Source: an uncultured Candidatus Saccharibacteria bacterium
Lineage (GTDB): Bacteria; Patescibacteriota; Minisyncoccia; Phycocordibacterales; PALSA-1337
Direction: 5' to 3'
Assembly: GCA_964367745.1 (NCBI GenBank)
Contig: CAYIYK010000002.1
Location: 4,447-68,446 of the forward strand
Length of the DNA: 64,000 nt
In this document: in pieces, positions 27,913-37,803 of the stretch
Position numbering within the stretch: the stretch's first letter is position 1
How the letters are laid out: every line of letters begins with the position of its first letter
Made by a program: the position numbers and the translations under genes
Notes under the pieces: model-generated
Told to the model about the DNA's origin: nothing
Seen by the model: only the letters and a program-made list of their open reading frames with translations
Databases searched by the model: none

Positions 27913-29166
27913 TTGGTACATCAAATTACAGTTATGCAAAAAAATAAAAAAAGTTCAAACGATCAGAAATTTACTAACTTTGAAAATTTAGATAAGATCG
28001 GCGAAATACCAGTTTATTATGGTTTTCTCCCACACAAAAGTCCTGAAATAAAAAAGTCTGATATTGATCTAGCAAAAAACCTTCTTGAGGGAGACTATAT
28101 CGATGACGATAATAGTTCAAATGCAAAACTTCCACTACACGTAGAAGAGAAAATTGCTCTAGTTCGCATGTATACAGAGGATGAGATGCATATGTTACCT
28201 CAACCTGTGATGTTTTATTTCAAAGAACCTTTCAAAGGGTCTATAAAAAAGGGTTCGGGTAATTACAATAGATATTGTGATCTAGAAATCATGGGTGGAT
28301 CAAAGAGTATTGCAGAAGCACTACTTATACAAACAACTCGTGCAATACTAAAAGAAGAAGGGTACGAGAATATCTGTGTTGAAATAAATAGTATCGGCGA
28401 TAAAGAATCGATAAACCGTTTTACAAGAGATCTTGGTAATTATTATAGAAAACATGTAAACGATATGCATGCAGAATGCAGACAACTTCTAAAAAAGGAT
28501 CCTTTTGATCTATTGAGTTGTCAGAATGATAAATGTAAAAAGATGAATGAAAGTGCACCAAGCTCAATGGACTTCCTATCAGAATCAAGTAGAGCACATT
28601 TCCAAGAAGTCTTGGAATATCTCGAGGCTTTGGATATACCTTACAGAATAAATAACAATTTGATTGGAAATAAAAAATACTGTACAGAAACTATTTTTTC
28701 TATAAACAATCTCGATAATGAAAAGGATAAAAAGAAACAAAAAGTTCTAGCTATAGGAGTCCGATATGACGGTCTTTCGAAGAAAATTGGTGCAAAAAAG
28801 GAGATTCACGGAGTCGGCATTTCTCTTTTAATTAAAAACAATAAAGCCGATTTGAGAAAAGAAGTTAAAAAAATAAAGAGACCTTTTGCTTCATTCGTAC
28901 AGCTAGGTTTTGAATCAAAGCTACTTAGTTTAAGTATTATAGAATCATTGAGAAAAGAGAAGATTCCCCTATTCCTTTCTCTGGCTCGAGACAGACTTGG
29001 AGCTCAAGTTTCGGCAGTAGAAAAGTACCATATTCCTTATGCTCTGATAATGGGAAAAAAGGAAGCAGTAGAAAAATCAGTAATAGTCAGAAATAACGAT
29101 ACACACGCTCAAGAAATCGTAGAAATCGAGAATTTGCCTAAATATATGAAAAAGCTTGAAAAGTAA
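27913..29166 (+). CDS. Histidyl-tRNA synthetase-like class II protein (HisRS/HisZ family) with a degenerate motif 2
   Basis: Motif 3 AIGVRYDGL and the anticodon-binding-like C-terminus IPYALIMGKKEAVEKSVIVRNN are present. The motif 2 region is FYFKEPFKGS...YNRYCDLEIMG rather than the canonical fRHERPQKGRYRQFHQ. Confidence 0.5.
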   Translation: MVHQITVMQKNKKSSNDQKFTNFENLDKIGEIPVYYGFLPHKSPEIKKSDIDLAKNLLEGDYIDDDNSSNAKLPLHVEEKIALVRMYTEDEMHMLPQPVMFYFKEPFKGSIKKGSGNYNRYCDLEIMGGSKSIAEALLIQTTRAILKEEGYENICVEINSIGDKESINRFTRDLGNYYRKHVNDMHAECRQLLKKDPFDLLSCQNDKCKKMNESAPSSMDFLSESSRAHFQEVLEYLEALDIPYRINNNLIGNKKYCTETIFSINNLDNEKDKKKQKVLAIGVRYDGLSKKIGAKKEIHGVGISLLIKNNKADLRKEVKKIKRPFASFVQLGFESKLLSLSIIESLRKEKIPLFLSLARDRLGAQVSAVEKYHIPYALIMGKKEAVEKSVIVRNNDTHAQEIVEIENLPKYMKKLEK

Positions 29167-29193
29167 GACATAATATAGTAATATACATAAATC

Positions 29194-29439
29194 ATGATAA
29201 ACGTAGAAATAACAAGAAACGGAACAGAAAATAGTATTGGACTTATTCGAAGATTCACAAAGAAGGTCCAAGGCTCTGGTATTTTGCCTAGAGTTCGATC
29301 TATTAGATACAATCAAAGAGTACTTTCAGCTTACAAAACAAAGATGAAGACTCTAAAATCTCTAAAAAGAAAGGCAGAAGTTACTGAACTTATAAAGCTT
29401 GGTAAGATGCAAGAAAAGACATCTCGTTTCTCTAAATAA
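29194..29439 (+). CDS. rpsU: 30S ribosomal protein S21
   Basis: Basic 81-aa protein, IGLIRRFTKKVQGSGILPRVRSIRYNQ, lying upstream of ybeY. Confidence 0.55.
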   Translation: MINVEITRNGTENSIGLIRRFTKKVQGSGILPRVRSIRYNQRVLSAYKTKMKTLKSLKRKAEVTELIKLGKMQEKTSRFSK

Positions 29440-29825
29440 TGTCTGACATAAACTTCAACATCACAAATACAACAAAATCAAAGTTGCCTGTTTTTGATTT
29501 TGAGAAGATGAAGAATGCAGTTTTGGGTAAGAAATATGAGCTCTCAGTTATTATTATAGGTAAAAAAGAGATCCAGAAATTAAATAAAGAATACAGGGAT
29601 ATAAATAAACCAACAGATATCCTTAGTTTCCCTTTATCTGATGACTTTGGAGAAATTTATATAAATCCGGAAATGACAAAGATTGAAGCGAAGAAATTCG
29701 AGCGAGATTACGACAATTTTTTTGCTTTTTTATTTATCCACGGATTAGTGCATTTGAAAGGATTCGATCATGGTAGTACAATGGAGAATATAGAGGCTCA
29801 ATTCCGCAAAAAATTCCACATTTAG
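29439..29825 (+). CDS. ybeY: rRNA maturation endoribonuclease YbeY
   Basis: HGLVHLKGFDH metal-binding motif. Confidence 0.85.
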   Translation: MSDINFNITNTTKSKLPVFDFEKMKNAVLGKKYELSVIIIGKKEIQKLNKEYRDINKPTDILSFPLSDDFGEIYINPEMTKIEAKKFERDYDNFFAFLFIHGLVHLKGFDHGSTMENIEAQFRKKFHI

Positions 29826-29857
29826 TTTGAGCCTATTGTTTTTATTTTTTAGGCTCA

Positions 29858-31057
29858 ATGTCACGATCAATTATAACTGGTATAGATATTGGAACACACC
29901 ACATAAAAGTGGTTATTGCTGATGCAATAGAAAAAAATGATGCAAAAAGCGGACAAAATGGTCAGCCAAAAGTACTTGCTGTCGGACTAGCAGAAGCGAG
30001 AGGGCTTAGACATGGTTATGTTTTAAATATTACTGATGTTGTTTCTAGTATTAGACAAGCGGTTTCGATTGCAGAAAAAAAGGCCAATGTAAAAGTTAAA
30101 AAAGCTTTTATTTCTATAGGAGGTATCGGACTTGGAAGTATAACTTCAACAAGTTCGATTATCATTTCTCGTGCAGATTCAGAGATAACTGCTTTAGACA
30201 TTAAAAAGGTTCAAGAGCAATGTGAAAAGGATATACCTTCAGCACTTTCATTAAATAAGAAAATAATACACAGTATTCCAGTTCAGTACAAAATAGATGG
30301 AAAACCAGTACTTGGCAAACCTGAAGGAATGCGTGGAAGTAAGTTTGAAATAAAAACACTTTATATAACATGTCTTGAACATCATTTAAATGACATGATT
30401 GAGGCTGTAGAAGAAGCTGGTATCAGCGTACAAGACGTTATGGCTTCACCTATTGCAGCTAGCCTAGTGACACTTACAAAATCTCAAAAGATTGCTGGTT
30501 GTGTTTTGGTAAATATTGGAGCAGAGACTGTTTCTATTGCTGTATTTGAAAACAATATTCCAGTATCACTTGAAGTCTTCCCTATTGGTTCAACAGATAT
30601 TACAAATGATATTGCTTTAGGACTAAAGGTTCCACTGGAAGAAGCAGAGCAAATAAAGATCGGTGCAATAACTGGCGCTTCATATCCAAGGAAAAAGCTA
30701 GAAGAAATAGTTTCTGCAAGACTTTCTGATGTATTTGAATTGATTGAAGCACATCTTAAAAAGATTGGGAGAAATGGACTCTTGCCTGCGGGTATTATTC
30801 TTACAGGTGGAGGTTCAAGTCTTTCTGGAATAGAAGATATGGCAAAACTTGCACTTAGATTGCCTTCAAGACTAGCTAGTCTAAATCTCGGTTTGGCTGA
30901 TAAACAAGGAACTAGAGAATCAAGTTGGGCAGTTAGTTATGGCTTATGTATTTTGGGTCTACACGCTGAAGAAGATTTACCTATAGATACAAGTACTCGT
31001 ATTTTTGAAAATTCAAAAAAAACACTTATAGCTTGGCTGAAACAGTTTTTGCCATAA
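29858..31057 (+). CDS. ftsA: Cell division protein FtsA
   Basis: Actin-like ATPase with N-terminal ITGIDIGTHHIKVVIA, located upstream of ftsZ. Confidence 0.85.
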   Translation: MSRSIITGIDIGTHHIKVVIADAIEKNDAKSGQNGQPKVLAVGLAEARGLRHGYVLNITDVVSSIRQAVSIAEKKANVKVKKAFISIGGIGLGSITSTSSIIISRADSEITALDIKKVQEQCEKDIPSALSLNKKIIHSIPVQYKIDGKPVLGKPEGMRGSKFEIKTLYITCLEHHLNDMIEAVEEAGISVQDVMASPIAASLVTLTKSQKIAGCVLVNIGAETVSIAVFENNIPVSLEVFPIGSTDITNDIALGLKVPLEEAEQIKIGAITGASYPRKKLEEIVSARLSDVFELIEAHLKKIGRNGLLPAGIILTGGGSSLSGIEDMAKLALRLPSRLASLNLGLADKQGTRESSWAVSYGLCILGLHAEEDLPIDTSTRIFENSKKTLIAWLKQFLP

Positions 31058-31112
31058 AAAATAGATAAAACCCAGCATTTGCCTTATTTTCACCATTTGG
31101 TAAGATTGCATT

Positions 31113-32327
31113 ATGCCGAACATCACCCCAGAAATCGAAGCTTTCGCCAGAATCAAAGTAATTGGTGTCGGAGGCTCAGGAAAAAATGCTGTAAACCACA
31201 TGATCAACTCTAAGGTCAAAGGTGTGGATTTTATTTCTATAAATACTGATGCTCAAGACCTTCACCACTCTCTAGCTAAGAAAAGAATACATATTGGTAA
31301 AAACCTTACTCGTGGCCTAGGTACAGGTATGAATCCAGAAATGGGTCGCCGTGCAGTCGAGGAAACGAAAGAAGATGTACAAGAGGCTCTGAAAGGCGCT
31401 GATATGGTCTTTGTAGCGTGCGGACTAGGCGGAGGTACCGGAAGTGGAGCAAGTCCTGTTGTAGCACGTACAGCGAAGGAATTGGGTGCTTTGACTGTAG
31501 CTGTAGTTACAAAGCCTTTCTTTTTTGAAGGACAAGCAAGGTCAAAGATTGCAGAAGCAGGACTCGAAGAACTTCGAAAAGAAGTAGACGCTATCATCGT
31601 TATTCCAAATGATAGACTACTTTCTACGATTGATAAAAACACTACAGTAAAGAATGCATTCTCAATTTGTGACGAGATACTTAGACAAGCTGTGGAAGGT
31701 ATTTCTGATTTGATTACAACTCCAGGACTTATTAACATAGACTTTGCTGACATAAGAACAGTTATGGAAAATGCTGGCTCAGCACTTATGGGTATTGGTT
31801 CTGCTATTGGTGATAACAGAGCGATAGAAGCAGCAAAAATGGCTATTAACTCTCCTCTTCTTGATGTATCGATAAATGGAGCAAAGGGTGTCCTATTCTC
31901 TATCGCTGGAGGTGAAGATCTAACAATGTTTGAAATACAAGATGCTGCAAAAGTTATAACAGAATCAGTAGATCCAAATGCGAAAGTTATTTTCGGTACT
32001 GTAAGAGATGACAAGCTAAAGAAAAATGAAGTTAAAGTAACTGTTATTGCTGCAGGTTTCCCAGAAGGAATGATAAGTAATGCAGAAGCTCAAGCAAGGA
32101 ATTCTACAGGTTCAGGTTTCGTAGCACCAGAAGTGAAACCTAGAGAGGAATCACCTTCTATGAAAACAAGAATGTTTGGTTCAAGTCCAGCACCAGTACA
32201 ACAACCACCTCAACCAAAGATTGTTGAAAAGGTTGAAGAGAAAAAGGATTTAAAAAATGAAATACAAAATGATGATGACGATTGGGGTGCAGTTCCAGCT
32301 TTCTTGAGAAGATCAAAGTTAAAATAA
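31113..32327 (+). CDS. ftsZ: Cell division GTPase FtsZ
   Basis: IKVIGVGGSGKNAVNHM and the tubulin signature GGGTGSGASPVVA. Confidence 0.95.
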   Translation: MPNITPEIEAFARIKVIGVGGSGKNAVNHMINSKVKGVDFISINTDAQDLHHSLAKKRIHIGKNLTRGLGTGMNPEMGRRAVEETKEDVQEALKGADMVFVACGLGGGTGSGASPVVARTAKELGALTVAVVTKPFFFEGQARSKIAEAGLEELRKEVDAIIVIPNDRLLSTIDKNTTVKNAFSICDEILRQAVEGISDLITTPGLINIDFADIRTVMENAGSALMGIGSAIGDNRAIEAAKMAINSPLLDVSINGAKGVLFSIAGGEDLTMFEIQDAAKVITESVDPNAKVIFGTVRDDKLKKNEVKVTVIAAGFPEGMISNAEAQARNSTGSGFVAPEVKPREESPSMKTRMFGSSPAPVQQPPQPKIVEKVEEKKDLKNEIQNDDDDWGAVPAFLRRSKLK

Positions 32328-32336
32328 AAAAAACGA

Positions 32337-32363
32337 AACCGCATATAATGCGGTTTTTGTTTG
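32337..32363. terminator. Bidirectional Rho-independent terminator
   Basis: aaccgcat-ataa-tgcggttt flanked by an A-run and TTTGTTT. Confidence 0.8.
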
Positions 32364-32391
32364 GTTTTCGTTGAAGCAATAAGATTTACTT

Positions 32392-32619
32392 TTACTTCTT
32401 TACCCCAAGATTTTTGAGCTGTTCATTCAGCTCACGGATTTTTGTAATCCGTTGTTTATTGAACTCGCTCCTTGTGATATTTGGATCCCTAGGCCTCCCG
32501 GTTTCGAGAGAGATCTTTTCCCTCTCGATTTGTTTGATGATTTCACTTTTCTCACTCGCGTAAGAAAAAGATTGGAATGTTGCGACCAACAGAATGGCTA
32601 TGAAGATTTTTTTGATCAT
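32392..32619 (-). CDS. Small secreted hypothetical protein (signal peptide)
   Basis: MIKKIFIAILLVATFQSFSYA|SEK. Confidence 0.45.
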   Translation of the reverse strand: MIKKIFIAILLVATFQSFSYASEKSEIIKQIEREKISLETGRPRDPNITRSEFNKQRITKIRELNEQLKNLGVKK

Positions 32620-32692
32620 TTGTCCTCCAATTTATTATTAACATTTTTATATCGATTAGTCAATAGGTAGATATAAATCACTAAAGTATAAT

Positions 32693-33622
32693 ATGTATAT
32701 GATTTATGACTTAACAATTGTGGGTGGAGGTCCAGCAGGAGTTTCTGCTGGAGTTTATGCAGCAAGAAAAGAATTGAAAACTCTTTTTATTACAAAAGAC
32801 TGGAATAGTCAGAGTACAGTATCAGAAGGTATAGAAAATTGGATTGGAACAATTAAAATTTCTGGCGCTGATTTTGCCAAGAGTCTTGAATCTCATCTTA
32901 AAGCTTATGCAAAAGATTCAGTTCAAATAAATGTTAGTGAATCCGTAGAAAAAGTAGAGAAAGCTTCAAATGGTTTTAAAGTCACAACAAATAAAGGGAC
33001 TTATGAATCAAAGACTGTTCTCATAACCGCAGGAAGTTTCAGAAAAAAGCTTGAAGCAAAAGGTGCGGATATTTTTGAACATAAAGGACTTACCTACTGT
33101 GCATCGTGTGATGGGCCACTTTTTGCAGGACAGGATGTTGTTGTTATCGGTGGCGGAAATGCAGCATTTGAGAGTGCATCACAACTCTTGGCATATTGTA
33201 AAAGTGTTACTCTTATAAATCGTTCTGAACAATTCAGAGCAGATCCAGTTACGGTAGAAGCTGTCTCAAAGAATCCTCACTTCAAGATAATTACAAATGC
33301 TATATCAAAAGAAGTTAAAGGAGATAAATTCGTTAATGCTTTTGTATATACTGATGCAAAGACAAATACAGATATAGAGTTAAAGGTATCAGGAATTTTC
33401 GTTGAGATCGGATCAATACCTACAACATATTTTGTTAAAGATTTGGTAAAACTTACTCAATACAATCAAGTTATAGTTGATCCAAGAAATCAAAGAACTT
33501 CAGTAGAAGGAGTATGGGCCGCTGGAGATTGTACAGATGGTCTATATCACCAAAACAATATCGCTGCTGGAGATGCAGTGAAGGCTTTGGAGGATATATA
33601 TTTATTTATTAAAGCTAAATAG
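32693..33622 (+). CDS. trxB: Thioredoxin reductase
   Basis: IVGGGPAGVSAGVYAAR, redox-active CASCDG, and a second GGG NADPH-binding motif. Confidence 0.9.
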   Translation: MYMIYDLTIVGGGPAGVSAGVYAARKELKTLFITKDWNSQSTVSEGIENWIGTIKISGADFAKSLESHLKAYAKDSVQINVSESVEKVEKASNGFKVTTNKGTYESKTVLITAGSFRKKLEAKGADIFEHKGLTYCASCDGPLFAGQDVVVIGGGNAAFESASQLLAYCKSVTLINRSEQFRADPVTVEAVSKNPHFKIITNAISKEVKGDKFVNAFVYTDAKTNTDIELKVSGIFVEIGSIPTTYFVKDLVKLTQYNQVIVDPRNQRTSVEGVWAAGDCTDGLYHQNNIAAGDAVKALEDIYLFIKAK

Positions 33623-33639
33623 CTACAGATAGCTCGAGA

Positions 33640-34179
33640 TTATTCACCTTGGCACGCAGTTCCCCACAAACCAATCTTTTTCTTCTTTGCTAGATTTTCT
33701 AGTTTCTTGAATTCTTTTCTCTCTTGATAATCGAATTTATATTTGTATTCACGGGCATAACCATATTCCAGTAGGTATTGATTGATAGGTATCCCATCTT
33801 TTACATTTACATAAGCAAGTATTCTGCCAAATTTATCAGTAGTATTTTGACTAGAATCTATACTTAATGATACATATTTCCCCAAGAGTAATTCTTTAGT
33901 TTTATCTGATGCTTGTTTACCATAACATTGTATTCCCTTTCTAGGGTCTACAGTTTCTGGGGTATCTATACCTAACATTCTTACAGTAACTATTTCTTTA
34001 TTTATTTTGATCTGAAATGTATCGCCGTCTAAGACCTTCACTACTTGATATTGTTCTTTTAGGTCTATTTGGGGAATTTTCTTTTTGTATACAGAAGTAG
34101 GAGCAGAGAAATGTACACATGCAAAACAAAAAGACATGATAAAGGTGATGAGAATAATTTTAATTTTATATTTTTTCAT
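33640..34179 (-). CDS. Secreted thermonuclease (staphylococcal nuclease-like, SNase)
   Basis: VVKVLDGDTFQI...VRMLGIDTPE...GRILAYV. Confidence 0.8.
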   Translation of the reverse strand: MKKYKIKIILITFIMSFCFACVHFSAPTSVYKKKIPQIDLKEQYQVVKVLDGDTFQIKINKEIVTVRMLGIDTPETVDPRKGIQCYGKQASDKTKELLLGKYVSLSIDSSQNTTDKFGRILAYVNVKDGIPINQYLLEYGYAREYKYKFDYQERKEFKKLENLAKKKKIGLWGTACQGE

Positions 34180-34290
34180 ATTGACAGTTTATTTTGTTTT
34201 GATAATATATCGACATAATCCTTGTGAATCATTAGGGAAACCTAAGCAGGTTCGATTCGACATTATTGTTGATGGCAAGAATTCACACAG

Positions 34291-34316
34291 CCTCCTTCGG
34301 GAGGTTTTGTGTTTAT
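34291..34316 (+). terminator. Rho-independent terminator on the plus strand (no plus-strand CDS upstream)
   Basis: cctcc-ttcg-ggagg followed by TTTTGTGTTTAT; a TTGACA-16-TGaTAATAT promoter lies at 34181-34208. Confidence 0.5.
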
Positions 34317-34440
34317 TCTTTCATAATGCTGAAAAAATGTAGGTTAACATTATTTAATTTCTTTATTTCTTCCATTTTTCCCTCCATTACCCAACCCTAA
34401 CAAATCGAAATAAAATCCATATAAAAACAGAATAAAATTG

Positions 34441-34468
34441 AAATAAAAAAACAGCGCGAACGCTGTTT
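34441..34468 (-). terminator. Terminator of the desaturase gene
   Basis: acagcg-cgaa-cgctgt followed by a T-run on the minus strand (forward A-run 34441-34450). Confidence 0.7.
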
Positions 34469-34490
34469 GTGTTGCGGAATTTACATTCCA

Positions 34491-35441
34491 TCAATTTGTT
34501 CTTAAAATCCCTATCTTTATAAGTAACAAGATTGATATCCCTGACCAATCAAAGCATCTTTCAAAGAAAGTCTTGCCTTGCCAATATAGTTCTTTGGAAT
34601 TTCTTTGAACCTTACCCTTTAACTCTCTTGCTTTTTCAAGCGTTGGAAAATCCCAATGATGATTGTTATGCCAACCCTCACCCATAGTAAGAATTGCACA
34701 AATGAGACTATTTTTACTCTCATCTCCTGTATCAAACCTCTGAGAGCCAATAAGATGCATAGCAGAATTGATAAGAAAAGTACCATGCCAAAGCAAGAAA
34801 GTTGAAAAGAAGTAAGCACAAAGTGAAAAAGTAAAGTTTGCTATAAACGATTGAAATCCACCGATTGATAGTATTGCACCAATAAGTGAAAATATTCCAC
34901 CGAAAAGTACAATACCTATCCATTGGCGTTCCTCAATCCATCTTATACTCTTACTACTTGAAAGATTTGGTATCAACCTCCAATCTACATAGCGATCTTC
35001 ACCCTTCTTTACAACCCATAACCAATGACACCATTGTGTGCCATTTTGTTTGCAACTATGATGATCCTCTGGTTTATCAGAGTATTTATGGTGATAAATA
35101 TGTTCAGCAGCCCATTGACCAACACCTCTCTGTGCGTCTGCAGAACAGATAAATGCGATAATAGGTTCTATCCAAAGAAATCTAGGATTTATCTTGAATG
35201 ACCTATGTGCGAAATACCTATGTCTCCATGCAGTTACAAACCACATACCAGCATAGTATCGTGTAAAGATTAAAGCAAATATTAACCAATTCCTTGATTG
35301 TAAAGGGGAGCTGGAAATTACTTGATTATAGACCAGAGAAATAAACCAAACTACCCCGATCAATTGGACGAAAAAGAATACGTGCGTATTCGGTGATACC
35401 CAGTCGACTCTAGAAAGAGCAAGTTTCGTTTTTGCATTCAT
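34491..35441 (-). CDS. Membrane fatty-acid (acyl-CoA/acyl-lipid delta-9-type) desaturase
   Basis: Three histidine boxes: HRYFAHRS, HHKYSDKPEDHH, HNNHH. Confidence 0.85.
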   Translation of the reverse strand: MNAKTKLALSRVDWVSPNTHVFFFVQLIGVVWFISLVYNQVISSSPLQSRNWLIFALIFTRYYAGMWFVTAWRHRYFAHRSFKINPRFLWIEPIIAFICSADAQRGVGQWAAEHIYHHKYSDKPEDHHSCKQNGTQWCHWLWVVKKGEDRYVDWRLIPNLSSSKSIRWIEERQWIGIVLFGGIFSLIGAILSIGGFQSFIANFTFSLCAYFFSTFLLWHGTFLINSAMHLIGSQRFDTGDESKNSLICAILTMGEGWHNNHHWDFPTLEKARELKGKVQRNSKELYWQGKTFFERCFDWSGISILLLIKIGILRTN

Positions 35442-35484
35442 AATTTCAAATCTGATTGAATTCTATCACATTTATTTTATAGAA

Positions 35485-35517
35485 ATAAAAAAACTCGGAC
35501 ACTAAGTCCGAGTTTTT
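35485..35517. terminator. Bidirectional terminator, mainly serving the sigma factor gene
   Basis: actcggac-actaa-gtccgagt flanked by an A-run and T-run. Confidence 0.75.
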
Positions 35518-35530
35518 GACTTGTGGAAGT

Positions 35531-36451
35531 TTAAACAACCACTTCTTTGACTTCCTCGTCATTCCTTTCTTTACAAGTAGTCTTACGAGCTACGGATTGC
35601 CTTTTTCTGATCCCCATCAGTACTCCAAGCTTTTGAAGAGCACTTGCTTCGATTTGCCGGATCCTCTCTCGGGTTAAACGGAATTTTTTACCGACTTCTT
35701 CAAGAGTCATTTCATCACAACCAATCCCAAATCGACTCTTAATAATAATCCTTTGACGTCTACTAAGCTCGTCTATGTACTTTGCGATCAACTCAATATA
35801 ATCCGACTTGACGCAAGTCTCATATGGATCGGCTACATTCTCGTCAGGAACAACATTTGAAAACGACTCGCCGTCATCAGATAGCATAAAATCTAATGAC
35901 GATGTTCCAGTTTCACTCAACAAGTCTTCGACCTTCTCAGGTTCGAGACTGAGTGCATCTGAAATTTCCTCAAGAGTGGGTTCTCTTTCAAGTTTTATAC
36001 TGAGTCTTTCAATACTCTTATTTAAATTACGGATATTTTGACCTCTATATGTTGGTATTCTTATTGTCCTAGATCTTCTTGAAAGTTCGAGCCTTATTGC
36101 TTGTTTTATCCACCAAGCAGCGTAAGTAGAGAATTTTACATGCTTATATCGAACTGGGTCGTATTTACGTGCTGCGACCATGAGACCAGAATTACCAGCA
36201 CTAATCAAGTCATTGAGCTCGAGAGTAGTTGATGTTGGATAATCTCTAGCTATTTTCACCACCAAAAGAGTATTTGAAGCCACAAATTCAATATAGGCAG
36301 ACTCATCCCCATTCTTGATTCTCACTGCAAGTTCCACCTCCTTTTCTCTTTCGATTAAAGGTGTCTTGGATGCCAGATTCAAATACCAGCGTAATGTCGA
36401 ACCGTTGTAGCCCCGATCAGAATCAGATTCATTATCTCTATTTGCTCCCAT
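35531..36451 (-). CDS. rpoD: RNA polymerase sigma-70 family factor (short RpoD/SigA-like)
   Basis: Region 2 DLISAGNSGLMVAARKYDP...FSTYAAWWIKQAI and region 4 TLEEVGKKFRLTRERIRQIEASALQKL. Confidence 0.8.
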   Translation of the reverse strand: MGANRDNESDSDRGYNGSTLRWYLNLASKTPLIEREKEVELAVRIKNGDESAYIEFVASNTLLVVKIARDYPTSTTLELNDLISAGNSGLMVAARKYDPVRYKHVKFSTYAAWWIKQAIRLELSRRSRTIRIPTYRGQNIRNLNKSIERLSIKLEREPTLEEISDALSLEPEKVEDLLSETGTSSLDFMLSDDGESFSNVVPDENVADPYETCVKSDYIELIAKYIDELSRRQRIIIKSRFGIGCDEMTLEEVGKKFRLTRERIRQIEASALQKLGVLMGIRKRQSVARKTTCKERNDEEVKEVVV

Positions 36452-36523
36452 ATATCCTCCATTTTTTATGGTTTACTATCCACAAAAATATTACAATACT
36501 TTAAAATATGAGTCAAACATATT

Positions 36524-37162
36524 CTACTTCAAATACTTCCCCACCTCTTTATATATTCTATCCGCCATAATTGCATATCCGATATCATTTGGATGTATTG
36601 CATCAGACATATAGTTGTCATTTCCCAAAAGTCCTAACAAAACATTCTTAACATAAGGAACATGCATTTCTTTTGATAGAGCTTTGAATTCTGATTCGAA
36701 ATGATCAGTCAAAAGTCCACCTCGAATACCAAGCATCACAACAAATATTCCTTCACTTTGTAATCGAAATATCATCTCTTTAAGATTTCTGAAAGTTTGC
36801 TCTTCTGGAACCTTTTTTAAATAGTCATTGCCACCAAGTAGAAGGATAACTGTGCCAGGTTCATAAGATATTGCTTCATTTATTCTAGTTAGACCATCTG
36901 CTGTAGTATTCCCGGAAACTCCGAGATTTTTAATGGGTTTATCGATTTTAATAGAAAGTAGAGATACAAAATCATAGCCTTTTTTAGCGCCGACTCCTTG
37001 CACCAAACTATCACCAAAAGCAATTATTGTAGGATTCTTAGGAGGATAATTCCTATATGATGGAGTGTTGTTAAAATAAATAAAAAGACCAAATACAACA
37101 ATCGCACCAACGATAATAGTTACGTAAGTTTTATTCATTTTTATATTATAACAATAAAACAA
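36524..37162 (-). CDS. SGNH/GDSL hydrolase (lipase/esterase)
   Basis: GDS block (IIAFGDSLVQG), GGNDY block, and the DxxHPN block (DAIHPNDIGY). Confidence 0.75.
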   Translation of the reverse strand: MFYCYNIKMNKTYVTIIVGAIVVFGLFIYFNNTPSYRNYPPKNPTIIAFGDSLVQGVGAKKGYDFVSLLSIKIDKPIKNLGVSGNTTADGLTRINEAISYEPGTVILLLGGNDYLKKVPEEQTFRNLKEMIFRLQSEGIFVVMLGIRGGLLTDHFESEFKALSKEMHVPYVKNVLLGLLGNDNYMSDAIHPNDIGYAIMADRIYKEVGKYLK

Positions 37163-37186
37163 AAAAGACCCATACGGGTCTTTTTG
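37161..37186. terminator. Bidirectional terminator
   Basis: agaccc-atac-gggtct flanked by an A-run and TTTTTGT. Confidence 0.7.
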
Positions 37187-37187
37187 T

Positions 37188-37799
37188 CTATCTAGGATAT
37201 CTTTTCATTATTTCCTTAACTTCATTTTTCATCTTTGCAAACAGTTCATCAGATATTTTATCATTTGGGTCAAACCCTTCTTCATAAGTATGGTGACTTA
37301 GGGATGCGAATATCTTATTTTTAATAAAATATATCGTGTAGTCTTTATCATATCCAATATACCAAGCCCTATCAGCAAGACCATCAATTTCTTTAGTTAT
37401 ACCCGCAGCTTTTCCTTCTGCAATAGACTTATCAGCATAAGAAACGTCATAATTTGAAAAATGAATCAAGAATGATACATCACTATCTGGATTTGGTGAT
37501 ATATACTTACAAAGATTTGATGTATGAGCTTCTTCATCAATTGTAACTGGTTCATTCAACAATCTTTTTGCAGCAGATAAAGTAAAATAATCACAAGCGT
37601 CTTTACTCATACCCGCTAAATTGTTTTTTCCTATCACCCCGCCATCCTCAGAATCCTTCAAATCATCGAGTACACCTGTCTCTAAACCACCACCGACACT
37701 TGCTTTATTACTATAAAAATAGTATCCACCAGCACCAACAGCTGACAAAGCTATTATTATAAGTAGTAACGATAAAATAGAACCTTTATTCTTTGTCAT
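37188..37799 (-). CDS. Hypothetical secreted/membrane-anchored protein
   Basis: N-terminal TM (ILSLLLIIIALSAVGAGGYYFY). Confidence 0.5.
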   Translation of the reverse strand: MTKNKGSILSLLLIIIALSAVGAGGYYFYSNKASVGGGLETGVLDDLKDSEDGGVIGKNNLAGMSKDACDYFTLSAAKRLLNEPVTIDEEAHTSNLCKYISPNPDSDVSFLIHFSNYDVSYADKSIAEGKAAGITKEIDGLADRAWYIGYDKDYTIYFIKNKIFASLSHHTYEEGFDPNDKISDELFAKMKNEVKEIMKRYPR

Positions 37800-37803
37800 A
37801 TTT

